Of a DNA stretch of 64,000 nucleotides, positions 1-14,414 are shown one piece after another. The translations under genes were made by a program, and so were the position numbers. Under the pieces are notes generated by a model. That model searched no databases. It saw only the letters and a program-made list of their open reading frames with translations, and was not told the origin of the DNA. The DNA lies in the NCBI RefSeq assembly GCF_006345805.1, contig NC_043006.1, forward strand, positions 22,320,001 through 22,384,000. Direction: 5' to 3'. Within the stretch, counting starts at the first letter, position 1; the number at the start of each line of letters is the position of its first letter. Source of the stretch: Octopus sinensis. Taxonomy: Eukaryota.

Positions 1-165
1 GGGGTCTTCTACAAAAATGGTCTCCAGAGCTGCATCAAACGATGGGAGAATTGCGTAACTCTGGGTTGTTCCTTTGTAGAAAAAGACTAATAACTGTGCT
101 AAATTTCGTTGCTCTACTGCTATGAAAAGTGGGTCAGGGGCATTACTTATTGAACGCCCCTTGTA
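1..165 (+). mobile_element. Mariner (Tc1/mariner) transposon 3' end with right TIR
   Basis: 1-90 translates GVFYKNGLQSCIKRWENCVTLGCSFVEKD*, the mariner C-terminal FY..GI..L..RW.KC motif; followed by TIR-like cattacttattgaacgccccttg and TA at 164-165. Confidence 0.85.
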
Positions 166-193
166 GGATCTTTGTCTTGCAAGTTATTTGGTG

Positions 194-497
194 ACCCTGC
201 CAGTGCTGGTGCCACATAAAAAACATACAGTCCACATTGTAAAGTGTTTGGTGCTTGTAAGGGCATCCAGTTGTAAAAACCATGCCAAAACTGACCTCAG
301 CTGTGCTTGTGCCACATAAAAGCATTCAGTCCACTCTGTTGGGTGGTTGATGTTAGGATGGGCTTCCAACTGTAAAAAACCTTGCCAAAACAGACACAGA
401 AGTCTGCTGCAGTCTTCCACCTGGCCAGCTCCTGTCGACCCAGCCAACCCATGCCAGTATGGAAGGTGGATGTTAAACAACGACGATGATGATGATC
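194..497 (+). mobile_element. RTE-LINE 3'UTR-derived repeat with (GAT)n tail
   Basis: Shares the aagggcatccag..gtaaaaacc...aacccatgccagcatgga..gttaaa(gat)n tail seen in many copies, and contiguous with RTE coding sequence at 15855-16550. Confidence 0.7.
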
Positions 498-544
498 CAA
501 GGTGCCAAATGGTGGAGTTGAATTGGTAGATTAAGTCTATCACC

Positions 545-880
545 CATCATCATCATTATTGTTCGACCGTGGTAGAGACAATGGAATTTACCATGCTACG
601 CCAGACTTCACGGTCCATCATGGCATTACGGAGATCCTGTTGCTGGATGCCTGTATCCCTGGAGATTACATCAGGGTAGGAGAGTGTGTGCCCTCTGGTA
701 TTGCGAGTAGATGGCTTCCAGACGAGAAGGGTAGAAATTACCTCGTTTACAGCTCTACAACAATGTCCAGCAAACTGGACTCTCCTACCTTTCACAAGAG
801 ATGACACAGGTGGTAGTTTCCCATATATTTGCATTTTGGTTGGATGACGCTTCCACAAGAGATTTTGAGCTCTCATAAGG
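545..880 (-). mobile_element. RTE-clade LINE ORF2 C-terminus, 5'-truncated
   Basis: ORF 556-876: RRVQFAGHCCRA..W.P...RG..L.YPD.I.RDTG...L..AM.DR..WR; stop is followed by a (TGA)n tail. Confidence 0.85.
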
Positions 881-1252
881 AGTTGAGTGTTCGCCTATCA
901 CCCAAGTAAACCAAGGTGAGATTCAAACTCAAAATGAGAAGAGTTGGAATAAATAATGCAAAGGTATCCAGTCTGATGTTCTTATAGTACCACCAATCCA
1001 CTGTCTTGGATCAGCACTTTTTTTACTGGCACTGAAAGAATGTTTGTTCTGATACTCAACATTCTGAGTTCAAATCCCACTGATATCAATTTTGCTCTAC
1101 ATTCTTACTGATTATCCGGTTTCAGTCACAAGGTATCAAGTTGACTGGAGGTAATAAAATATGACATTTGTCCAAGCTGCAGTACACTGGAATTGAGACT
1201 GTGACCTCATGGTTTAGAGGCAAACTTCTTAGCCATTCGGCCATGCTGCACT

Positions 1253-1720
<468 letters not shown>

Positions 1721-2079
1721 TACAGCACAAGAATATTTAAAACAGCAAAAAGATCAAGTATACAAGAAAAGAAGACAAAAATAAGGATCAAAAGTTGAAA
1801 AATGTCTTTATCTAGGTAAATGACATGTAAGGTATTAGATATATTGTTATATAAATTGATTTCTAAAAAATAAAGAACAAACCAATCATTGCATTTGTGT
1901 TCAATAGATTTAAAATTTGAGTTTTCGGTGTTTATAAGTCAGAAATGGAATATTAAAAGTGTGAAGTGGGAAAACTGTGCTAAAAATCTCTTCATATATG
2001 TATATAAATATATGAGTAAACCTTGTGGTGTTTGTGTGCATGTGTGTTTGTATGAATATAAGAATGTGTATACGTTTAT

Positions 2080-2846
<767 letters not shown>

Positions 2847-2847
<1 letters not shown>

Positions 2848-3190
2848 TGTATTTGATGGCCTATAAGACACACCTAGCCTAGGCTATTCTTCTGTAAAAT
2901 TAAATACCCCTAAAATGTTTTTAATTCCTCCACCTACCTGTATAACCATATGTTATTACTGGTAATTTTAAGCAATTTATTGCATCCACATTCGATAGAA
3001 ACATACTACAGGTGATTGTTCACCAATAGAGTTAGGCTACGCTACTAGGCTACATCTATGCGACCCCTGATGTATAATTTTGGTCAGCAGTCATGAGTTT
3101 TGAGCCTACATTGAGTGCAGTGGATATAGGGGGATTTTTAAAGCCATTTCGGAGGTTAAAAAGGTGCATCTTATAAGCCATCAAATACGG
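2847..3190. mobile_element. Tc1/pogo-type MITE (~344 bp)
   Basis: ~29-bp TIRs ctgtatttgatggcctataagacacacct / aggtgcatcttataagccatcaaatacgg, flanked by TA on both sides. Confidence 0.85.
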
Positions 3191-3656
3191 TATATGCATG
3201 TATATAATGTGTGTGTGTGTGCGATGTTATTGTACATGCATACACACATGAGCATATTGTAGTTTAAGAGTTGTATATTAAAATATATTTTAAATATCTG
3301 ATATAGAACTCAATTCTCTGGATAGATTGGATTGATATAGTTATTGTCATAAATGTTGTCAGGCTTCTCAGAGATCTGCCCCAGGCAAAAAAGCCCAGGC
3401 TTGGTCGAAAGTCAGAGAAGACAGTCAAATTTTGATACAGCATTACACATACGCATACACATACATGTATACATATATACACATATATGTGTGTATATGT
3501 GAGTATGCTGCAGTATAATAATGTCACTAAGATTTTTGTTTCACTAGTTTTACTTAGAGTATTTTAGTTCAGTTAGTCATTAGTATTTTATTAAAGATGG
3601 TGTTTATTATTATCAAAGAAAATGTTGCAGAAAAGATTATTAAAAATAAATAATAC

Positions 3657-3870
3657 ATTGGTTTCAAATTTTGGCACAAGGCCAGCAATTTGGTGTGCAG
3701 ATTAAGTCAATTACATTGATCCCAGTGTTCAACTGGTACTAATTTTATCAGTCCCGAAAGGATGAAAGGTAAAGGTGACCTTGGCAGAATTTGAACTTGA
3801 AACATAAAGGCAGGCAAAATACCGCTAAGCATTTAGCCTGACATACTAATGATCTTGCCAGTTCATTGCT
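3657..3870 (-). mobile_element. tRNA-derived SINE, family B (diverged)
   Basis: Reverse complement of the family with gagttcaaattccgccgaggtcgactttgcctttcatcctttcggggtcgataaa; compare 63584-63815. Confidence 0.8.
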
Positions 3871-4004
3871 TTAGGAATATGTAATATATTAAGAAATAAC
3901 AATTAATAAGAAAATTTAATTGTGTACTAATGAGTAGAATATTTCTAGGAATATGTTAAATGCTGTTATATCCTATTGGAAATAATGAATTAAGTCTTTT
4001 ATTT

Positions 4005-4405
4005 TTTACTTGTTTCAGTCATTAGACTGCGACCATGCTGGGGCACCAGCTTGAAGGATTTTAGGGGAACAAATTGAGCCCAGTACTTATTCTTTTCTTA
4101 AGCCTGGTATTTAATCTATTGATCTCTTTTGCCAAACTGTTGGGTTACAGGAGTATAAACAAACCATCACCAATTGTCAAGAGGTACAAACACAAACACA
4201 AAGGCCCATACACACATATCTACCTACCTATCTACCTACCTACATATATATATATATATATATATGATGAGCTTCTTTCACTTTCCATCCACCAAATCTG
4301 CTCACAAGACTTTGGTTAGCCCAGGGCTAAAGTAGAAAACACTTGCCCAAAGTGTCAGAGAAAGGGCCAAGACTGCATGTTTGGGCAGCAAGTCCCTTAA
4401 CTACT
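4005..4405 (-). mobile_element. tRNA-derived SINE, family A (internal TA/TG microsatellite)
   Basis: Matches the family at 28347-28745. Confidence 0.8.
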
Positions 4406-4469
4406 CAGTCACACATGTACCTATATATTGTACCTTTATAAGATGGAAAAAAAAACAAAACAAAGTTGC

Positions 4470-4548
4470 CAGCAGGTGGTTATAGGACTCGAACCCATAC
4501 CCCTCAGATACTGGCTGAGTGCTCTAACCATTAAACTAAACAGTCCCT
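4470..4548 (-). mobile_element. tRNA-like SINE head (Pol III A/B boxes)
   Basis: Minus strand has TAGTTTAATGG (A box) and GGTTCGAGTCC (B box), but no complete cloverleaf acceptor stem. Confidence 0.5.
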
Positions 4549-5029
4549 AAGAACAATTGATATTTGTTTATATTTATTTCGTTACCGATATCTACAGTAA
4601 AAATTTTGTATGCTAGCATATTAGCTCCATTTTGAATTCTTTGCTTCTTCTCCACCTCCCATCTCCCACCCCACACCCGCACCCCACCCCACCCTACACC
4701 TCCATTTTCTATCAATATTTTGACTAATGTTTTGTTGTATTATAAATAACCTCTAAGTTGCCTGTGAATTCTTATACTTTTAGTTTGTTTTGTTTCTTGC
4801 TAATCTTACCTTCCCTTTTATATCGACTCACTAAATTATTGATATTTCTCTTTTTGGCGTAGCCCATCCAGTTGACTTATTATACTGTGTGGTACAGAAT
4901 ATCTTTGAGATACAGCGATTACATCAATTGTTACATAATACACAAGAACCAGTCAATGACCTCCATTCCAAATGTTCTTTCGGATGGAATCAATCACTAC
5001 TTAGTAACCTTTCAGATGTTTACTCTTAG

Positions 5030-5560
5030 AACACAGCTATAAAACATGTAGCATAACTGCCTGTTTATAAACTACATGTTTACCAGAGTTTATTGACTAC
5101 ATGTTTACCACAGCTCATAAAGTATATGTTAAGTTCCAGGTAGAAGCAAGAAGTGTAAAGTTACCTACTTAACTCATTTCTACTAGTAATACTATATGCT
5201 ATACTGCCTGTTTATAAACTACATACTTACCACAGTTCATAAAGTATATGTTTACCTCAGTACATAAAGTACATGTTTATCACAGTTCATAAACCATGCG
5301 TTTAGCACTGTTCATAGACTACATGCTCAGTACAGTTTATAAACTACATTTACTATAGTATATAAGGTGAACGTTAAACACTGTTTATAAACTGTTTAAC
5401 ACAACATATAAACTATATATTCAGCATAGTTCGTAACCTATGCTTACCACAGATTGTAAACAACATGTTTATCACAATTTATAAACTCCATGTTTGGTAC
5501 AGTTTATAAACTCCATGTTCAGTACAGTTTATAAACTACATGTTGGATTATTATACTTCG
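5030..5560. repeat. Degenerate ~21-24-bp tandem array (acagtttataaactacatg)
   Basis: Many diverged copies visible; associated with a 68-bp direct repeat at 5131-5198 and 5745-5812. Confidence 0.75.
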
Positions 5561-5967
5561 TATTTCTAGAACTATAGTGGTCACTAGAATTTCAGTCAGT
5601 TTTGCCAGGAACAGCAAGCTGCCTGAGTTTCTCTCTATGGACCACATGAAACTAGTTCTAGACTCTAAGTCTGAAGGGAAAAATGTACCAGCAGGAAAAG
5701 TTTACATGTTTTGTTTACTTTTCACATACCTGAGTTACCGTGATAAGTTCCAGGTGGAAGCAAGAAGTGTAAAGTTACCTACTTAACTCATTTCTACTAG
5801 TAATATTATATGTAAACCTTGTGTTGTTTTGAAGCAATGTAATTTGCCTTTGAAATCAAGAATTTTCATGATATTTCGATATTATTTTATCCATAAACTT
5901 AATTTTGATAAATATTTAAGTTTGTTAATATTTCTGTTATAGATTACATTTATGTAAAGATCCCCAT

Positions 5968-6290
5968 CACTCACAAAAGGCCATGGGATTGCACCTAGAA
6001 AGTTCCCCTCTGAGGCACAGATATGAGCAAGGTTGTTTGTGGAAGACCAGCAATCACCCATACATACCAACCTCCTCTTTCCATGTCACCAATGTTGTCC
6101 AAGGGAAAGGCAAAGGCCAATACAGCTTGGCACCCGTGACCTCACAACTCATTTCTACAGCTGAGTGAACTGAAGCAACTTGAAATAAAGTGTCTTGCTC
6201 AAGAGCACAACACACAGCCTGGTCCAGGAATCAAACTCACAGCCTCACAATTGTAAGCCCAATGCCCTAACCACTGAGCCATGTGCCTTC
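5968..6290 (-). mobile_element. tRNA-derived SINE, family C
   Basis: Same family as 32985-33290, 38335-38645 and 52866-53192; head ..ggctcagtggttag..gagttcgattcc, then ttgagcaagacactttatttcac central domain. Confidence 0.85.
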
Positions 6291-6599
6291 TAACATTTAC
6301 GTATTCTCTAATTAAATCAAAGAAGTACTGCCCTGCTAAATATATGCTGTGTCAATTATATTCCCATAACAATATATTTGTACCTGGCAAATATATAGGC
6401 AGTACTGTCATGAAATAGGGCACACAAGGCAGCTGCCAGTAGATTCCATGTCCTAGGGGCCCAGCACTAATCTATGTATAGTGTAGTTGTGTATGCCATG
6501 GCTCCAGTGCATTGCTTTGCTCAGAGGAATGTTTGTAACAGTCATGAGAAAACAGCAACCACCACCCTCAGTACTGCTTCCTCTCAGTTGAGGAGATCT

Positions 6600-6855
6600 T
6601 GTCTTGTAAGTTGTTTGGTCACCCCACTGCTGCTGGTGCCACATAAAAAAAGCACTTGGTACGCTTTTGTAAATTGGTTGGTGTTAGGAAGGGCATTCAG
6701 CTGAAGAAACCATTCCAAGCAGACAGTCAAGCATGGTGCAGTCTTCTGACTTGCCAGTTCCGGTCAAACAGTCCAACCCATGCCAGCATGGACAATGGAC
6801 ATTGAATGATGATGATGATGACAATGATGACGACGACGACGACGACGACGACGAC

Positions 6856-6903
<48 letters not shown>

Positions 6904-6925
6904 ACGATGATGAGGATGATGATGA
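6600..6925 (+). mobile_element. RTE 3'UTR repeat with expanded (GAT/GAC)n tail
   Basis: ttaggaagggcattcagc...aacccatgccagcatgga then a long GAT run. Confidence 0.75.
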
Positions 6926-8528
6926 CTACAGAAAAAGTACAGTCTTTAATAATTTTCCATCAACTTAACTAGGAAGATGATGCTCGTATATTCTCTGATT
7001 ATTTCTTAGTAAATTACAGACAATTGTTCCATTGATGTTATAAGCTGAGAAAACAGAAAGATAGATATTGGGAAATTTTATTTTTTTCTCAAGTCTATAT
7101 GATTTTGCTATTAAATTTATTGAAGTTTTAAGAATATTTCACACCTTTTAGACAATGAAGAATTTTCATTAAATGATTTGCTTTATCTAAAGTTATTTTT
7201 CCTTCCCTTTTTTTTTGGTGGGGAAGCATTCTGAAATTAAAACAAAATCAGCTAAAAATCACAAGGTGACCTTACTGTTCATGTATTATCTAATAATAAT
7301 TCTATTATCTGAAGAATTTAGAAAGTAAATTTTTATTCACACCTTAACAAGAAGCATATAAAAAATATCCAATTTAGTCTTGGAAATAGAACTCAGAAAT
7401 AGTAACAGTTTTCTAACACTAGTTCTCCAAATCAGAAACATTCTTCACAGTTGTAACACCTTCTTTAGTTCACTTCTCATATATCGTTTAATACATTTTG
7501 AAAATGAGATGAAATTATTTAATGTTTTGTCTAGAAATTAAATATTTTAAAGCCCAAATCACTATTACGATCAATTATTAATAATTATAAATAATTCTTA
7601 TAATTGCAAGTATCTCTTAAAAACATATTAAAAATTCGATATTACGAACTTGTTAAATTGTGATGCTTGAATATGAATTATTAGATCAGAGATGGAATTA
7701 CTCGATTGGAAATAAAGAGTTGTCCCCAAGCAACACACAAAATGGATATGGCAGGATCTAAACATGATTTTTAAGTTGGTGTATTGGCACATTAAGCAGT
7801 CTGCTACTATATCTGCTTGTTTTGAGCAACAGGAAGAGTTTATGTTATGGAATAATACATCATCATCATAATTTGCTCTATGTGGTATACACATATACTC
7901 ACACACACACACACACACACACACATGTACATAAATATGCACACATACATATACATATATATATATACATATATGTATGCATATACATGTGTATGTATGT
8001 ATATGTAATTATATATAAATATAATATATATGTTTATATATATATATATGAATTTATTTTTTGCATGTATTTATGTTGAGCCACATCCCTCGGAACTACA
8101 TCTTTATTCAATCAAGTAGTTTTGTCTTATGAGGGATTTGGTAACCTCACTAGTGCTGGTGTCATAAAAAAAAAGCCTGTACTCTCTGTAAAGTGAATGG
8201 CTTAAGAAATTGCTTTAGAAACTATGTCAAAGCAGATATTGGGGCTTGACATAGTCCCCTGGCTTGGAAGATCTTGCTGAACACTCCAACAGACGATAGC
8301 ATGGAAGACAGACATGAAAAGGTGATGATGATGATGATGATGATGACGATGATGATGATGATGATGATCACACATACACACACACACACATACATATTTA
8401 TATGAAATAGGGATGAATACATTTGCATGTATATATAAATATGAATAAATGCATATATATATATGAATGTGTGTGCATGTTTATACATGTACATCTATAT
8501 ATATATACATGCATATACACATACACTC

Positions 8529-8596
<68 letters not shown>

Positions 8597-9085
8597 ATAT
8601 ATATACACATGTAAGCATATGTAGGTGTATGTGTGTGTGTGTGTGTGTGTGTTGCATATTTTTCACCTAATGACTTAAAAATAACTGAAGCCAACGATTA
8701 TAATTTTTAATCCTCTTGAGAGTGCTCATCGTTACATGATATAATTTGGATACTTTGTGAGGTGAGCCAGAAATTACAAGGATATACTACTTCAATAATA
8801 TTTTTACAGAGCAGTTTCCGTCTTTCTCTTTATTATTGATTTCATTGATCTTGTTCAGAAAATTCTCTTTTTTTTTTTTTTTTTTTTTCATTTAATGTTA
8901 TATTGGTGCCTGATTAGTATTCAAGAAACGAAGAGAAGATATAAAATAGTTTTTTGAGAGGGTAAAAAAAAAAAAAAGAAAAGTGGAAGAATTTTGAGAT
9001 GTTTTAAGTTAGATGAATAAAGATAAGATAAATATAGAATTGTTGTGCCCTCCATTTCGTGGAAAGTGTATGCATGTGTGCGTAT

Positions 9086-9315
9086 GTGTGGTGTGTGTGT
9101 GTGTGCACATATATGTAAGTGGATGCGTGAGTGTGTAGGTGTGTACTTTTAGTATATATGCGAATGTATGTGAAATGTAAGCATACTAGTTGTATAAATT
9201 TTAAAGTACAATTATGCATATGCAAATAGGGAATCACATATACACACATGTGTGTGTATATATGTTGATCGGTATAGATATATTTGTGAATGTTTATATA
9301 TATATATATATGAAT

Positions 9316-9370
<55 letters not shown>

Positions 9371-10385
9371 TATATGTACACACATATGAACAAAATTAAT
9401 TATAAGAAAAGAGAGAGAGAGAGAGAGTGAGAGAAGGAGAATTATGCAATACCCAAAAGTTTTTGACCATAAGATATTTTAAGCAAAAGATTATCTATCT
9501 GTCTGCCTCTCTATCTACCTATCTGTATACACACTCATACGTACATATGCATGTCTGGAGATGTGCATGTACATATGCTATATAAGTGTGCATACGTGCT
9601 TACATGTGTGTACATATATATATATATGTATATGTATGTACATATATATATATATGTATATATAATATATATATATACATATATATATATATGTACATAT
9701 ATATATATATATATATCTGAATTTATCTATCTATCTATATATGAATTATATATATATATATATATATGTTTGTGTGTGTATGTGTAAAAGTGGAAAATAC
9801 CAATTTGAGTGGTGTGACTTCTATTGGGCAGTAGAGTAGACTATTAAATGTGCTATATAGTTATATATTTGATAGGATGTACATAAACATAATGCACACA
9901 TATATGTAGTTACACAATCATACACATACACACAAGTGCATATATGCATACAGATTAATATCCTATATCCTCACATTTTTAATAGTGCATACGCATACAT
10001 ACATACATATATACACATGCAAATACATACGTGCATGAGTATACATACACATACATCTATGTCTGAATGTCTAAATGTGTCCACATCAGTGTACATATGT
10101 ATTTATATGCATATGTGTGAGTGTGTGTGTGTGTGTGTGGTGTGTGTGTGTGTGCACATATATGTAAGTGGATGCGTGAGTGTGTAGGTGTGTACTTTTA
10201 GTATATATGCGAATGTATGTGAAATGTAAGCATACTAGTTGTATAAATTTTAAAGTACAATTATGCATATGCAAATAGGGAATCACATATACACACATGT
10301 GTGTGTATATATGTTGATCGGTATAGATATATTTGTGAATGTTTATATATATATATATCTGAATTTATCTATCTATCTATATATG

Positions 10386-10424
<39 letters not shown>

Positions 10425-10785
10425 TATATGTACACACATATGAACAAAATTAATTATAAGAAAAGAGAGAGAGAGAGAGAGTGAGAGAAGGAGAATTATG
10501 CAATACCCAAAAGTTTTTGACCATAAGATATTTTAAGCAAAAGATTATCTATCTGTCTGCCTCTCTATCTACCTATCTGTATACACACTCATACGTACAT
10601 ATGCATGTCTGGAGATGTGCATGTACATATGCTATATAAGTGTGCATACGTGCTTACATGTGTGTACATATATATATATATGTATATGTATGTACATATA
10701 TATATATATGTATATATAATATATATATATATATATATATGTACATATATATATATATATATTATATTATATATATTATATATAT

Positions 10786-10822
<37 letters not shown>

Positions 10823-11192
10823 TTGTGTGTGTATGTGTAAAAGTGGAAAATACCAATTTGAGTGGTGTGACTTCTATTGGGCAGTAGACTATTAAATGTG
10901 CTATATAGTTATATATTTGATAGGATGTACATAAACATACATGCACACATATATGTAGTTACACAATCATACACATACACACAAGTGCATATATGCATAC
11001 AGATTAATATCCTATATCCTCACATTTTTAATAGTGCATACGCATACATACATACATATATACACATGCAAATACATACGTGCATGAGTATACATACACA
11101 TACATCTATGTCTGAATGTCTAAATGTGTCCACATCAGTGTACATATGTATTTATATGCATATGTGTGAGTGTGTGTGTGTGTGTGTGTGTG
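9086..11192. repeat. Tandem duplication of a ~1.05-kb microsatellite-rich unit
   Basis: 9086-10134 repeats at 10135-11192; unique stretches are nearly identical and microsatellite lengths differ. Confidence 0.9.
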
Positions 11193-11594
11193 TATCTGTG
11201 TGGTGTGAGTGTGTGTGTGTGTGTATCTGTGTGTGTGTGTCTGTGAAATTATGTATCTGTGTACTCTTGTGCGTGAATTTCTGCAAAAGCATGTACATAT
11301 ATGTTTGAGTGTGTATGTATATATATTTGTGGGTATATATTGGTATACATTTTTGTGCATGTGTGTGTGTGTTTGTGTGTATGTTTGTGTGTGTGTGTGT
11401 GTGTATATGTATTTGTGTAAATTATTTTGTGTCTGCTTTTACGTGCAGGTTTGTAAGTGTTTCCGCGTGTGTGTATATTTCTACATGATCTTCTTAAATT
11501 ATAGAGGTAAAAATTGGTAATCGGTAAGTTTTGGTAATTTGGTGATTGAAATACTGATTAGGATCTTGTTGAAAGCACATAGGAAGCACGTCTA

Positions 11595-11756
11595 TTATTT
11601 CATAGCTGTAATCTTTGACTTGCTCATATTAAACAAGTACCAGCCTTCACGTTTGATAATGTTACTCAATCCGTAGTTCTGGGAGTATCGCAGGACCAGA
11701 GAATCAGATCCCTTTGCTATCCACTGGACTCTGCCGAAATTTCCCTTGATTGCCAG
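11595..11756 (-). CDS. Terminal coding exon of a SAT1/SAT2-like (diamine/thialysine N-acetyltransferase, GNAT) gene
   Basis: Strong acceptor ttttttatttttttacag; phase 0; LAIKGNFGRVQWIAKGSDSLVLRYSQNYGLSNIIKREGWYLFNMSKSKITAMK* aligns ungapped to SAT1 V116-A168 including EGWxLF; TAA followed by TAG. Confidence 0.8.
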   Translation of the reverse strand: MAIKGNFGRVQWIAKGSDSLVLRYSQNYGLSNIIKREGWYLFNMSKSKITAMK

Positions 11757-11899
11757 CTGTAAAAAAATAAAAAAATTAGGATTAATTAAGAAACGAAAGA
11801 CAATTAAAAGGATGTGGTATAATCATCTTTGTAAAAAGAAGTTAGCTTAGAAAAATTGCTTTCGCATCATAAATTACACACATACAAACACGCACACAT

Positions 11900-11954
<55 letters not shown>

Positions 11955-12219
11955 CACATGTGTACACACGCACATGTGCACACACACACATGCACATACA
12001 CATGTTCATACACACATGCACACACATCTTAAATATCTTAAACATATAGGCACAGGGATAGCTGTGTGGTAAGAAGTTTGTTCCCTAAGCACATGGTTCT
12101 GTGTTCGATCCCACTGCATGTCACCTTGTGATTGGATATCCATCATATATATATATATACACACACAAACACCATATACATACATATATTATATATATAT
12201 ATATATATATGCACACAAA

Positions 12220-12257
<38 letters not shown>

Positions 12258-12259
12258 TA

Positions 12260-12510
12260 ACGGGAAAGTTTATGAAAATAAACAAAAGACAAAGGCAGGT
12301 GGAGTACAAACAAACAAATGTATTAGTATAGCGCTCAGGAATAGAAATGGAACAAGTCTTTTACGTTTCAAGCATACGCTCTTCGACAGAAAGATACACA
12401 GAAAAAACAAGGAGAGAAACAAGGAGAGAAACAAGGAGAGAAAAACGGAGAGAAAAAAAGGAGAGAAAAAAAATGTGTGTAGGAGCTAACGATCTATCAT
12501 GGCGTCACAC
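12260..12510 (-). mobile_element. Penelope-like non-autonomous element with hammerhead-like motif, inserted in (TA)n
   Basis: Reverse complement of 37497-37710; motif cttt-CTGTCGA-a-gagc-gtat-gctt-GAAA-cGTA-aaag at 12393-12358. Confidence 0.6.
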
Positions 12511-12549
12511 ACACGCACATATATATATATATACATACATACATACATA

Positions 12550-12587
<38 letters not shown>

Positions 12588-12627
12588 GGTATATAGATAT
12601 ATATATGTAGGTAGGTAGGTAGGTAGG

Positions 12628-12693
<66 letters not shown>

Positions 12694-13159
12694 TTTATAT
12701 ATATATACATATATATCAGTATGTATGTGCCCTTTTGTCTGTATTTGTACCCTACAACTGCTAACAACCAGTGATAGTGTGTTTACATCTCCATAACTTA
12801 GAGGTTTGGCAAAAAGGACTGATAGAATAAGTTCTGGGGTCAATTTGTTTGGCTAAAATTCTCCAAGGCAGTGCCCCAGCTTGGGAGCAGTCAAATGATT
12901 GAAACAAGTAAAAGAAAAATGGTAAAAATATATAAATATTTCGTTGCTAGCAACAGAAGCAGTATTAGATCAAAATAGCATTCTGTATATAATACTCATT
13001 GTGGATATACTGTAGAAAACTATGAAACTGCAGTGTTTGTCTCGAGAATGTGTTTCATATAGATGTGCAATCCTAAAAAGTGCAGAATAATATCAGTAGC
13101 AGACAAAAAGCGTCTAGCAAAGGCAGTGGGATGGCTAAATAATAATAATGATAATAATA

Positions 13160-13199
<40 letters not shown>

Positions 13200-13202
<3 letters not shown>

Positions 13203-13704
13203 CATCATCATCCTCATCATCTTTTAACGTCCGCTTTCCATGCTAGCATGGGTTGGACGATTTAGACTGAGGGCTAGCGAACCAGACTCCAATCTGATCT
13301 GGCAGAGTTTCTACAGCTGGATGCCCTTCCTAACGCCAACCACTCTGAGAGTGTAGTGGGTGCTTTTACATGCCACCGGCACGAGGGCCAGTTTGATGGT
13401 ACTGGCAACGGCCGCACCCAAATGGTGCTTTTTACGTGCCACCTGCACAGGAGCCAGTCCAGCGGCACTGGCAATGTCCTTGCTCGAATGTTTCACGTGC
13501 CAGCAGCACAAGTGCTAGTAAGGCGATGCAGATAACGATCACACTTGAATGGTGTGCTTAACATGCCATCGGCACGAAGGCCAGTTTGTATCTCAGGTAA
13601 TGATCTCACTCGTATGGTACTCATAGTACTCCCTAGCAACAGATGCTGGTCACCGAGTTTGATTTCGATTTCGATTTCACTTGCCTCAACTGGTCTTCAC
13701 AAGC

Positions 13705-13705
<1 letters not shown>
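13200..13705 (-). mobile_element. RTE 3'UTR repeat with internal tandem units
   Basis: (GAT)n tail at 13200, conserved tail motif, and repeated atggtgcttttacgtgccac units. Confidence 0.8.
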
Positions 13706-13740
<35 letters not shown>

Positions 13741-13742
<2 letters not shown>

Positions 13743-13993
13743 TCCTATCATAATAGGTGCATTAGGCATGATAAAAAAATATTCAGACAAATACATAACA
13801 AAAACACCAGGACTTACAAACACATATAACATACAGAAAATTGCACTACTAGGCACTGCACACATCCTACGCAGAACACTTTCCATACAATAACCATCAA
13901 AGCATCACAACAAATCACAGCACATACCCAAGGCACAGAGAGCTGCGCTCGGTAGTGAAGTGAAAGCACGCTATAAAAATAAAACTACTGAAT
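13741..13993 (+). mobile_element. Dong/R4-clade (RLE) LINE 3' end in an (AAT)n target
   Basis: IPIIIGALGMIKK...IQKIALLGTAHILRRTLSIQ* is the R4/Dong C-terminal motif; (AAT)n on both flanks. Confidence 0.85.
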
Positions 13994-13999
13994 AATAAT

Positions 14000-14247
14000 A
14001 ATAATAATAATAATGAATTATTGTATACAGTGCTTAGATACCACAACTTGTCAAAAGTGCATATAAAGCATATGCAGTAATGTACAAATGTCTGGAAAGT
14101 AAACAGCGTATGAATCAGATACATGCTTGCATGTGTATGGAGGGGAGAAAATCAGGTGTAGTGTAGGCGAATCTCAGGAAGCATGGAAGTTTTGAAGGAT
14201 GCAGTGCTCCGACAACTAACAACTGATGCCGGCAGTTTGTTCCATAT
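14000..14247 (-). mobile_element. CR1-type LINE 3' end
   Basis: WNKLPASVVSCRSTASFKTSMLPEIRLHYT* plus a 3'UTR matching 48050-48310. Confidence 0.85.
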
Positions 14248-14414
14248 AATGTAGATTTCAGCTTCTCTGAGTATCATTTGACAAATATACACACTAAGCC
14301 AGACATGCAGAATGCTATTTGGAGATAGTACTACTTCTGTCACTAAAAACAAATTTTTACCCAGCCTACCAGCTATGTGCAATACCAGTGATTTCTCAAC
14401 CCATAACCCGTGGC

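Noticed and set aside
4470-4548. Functional tRNA gene
   Set aside because: A and B boxes are present but there is no pairing acceptor stem or clear anticodon arm; treated as a SINE head.
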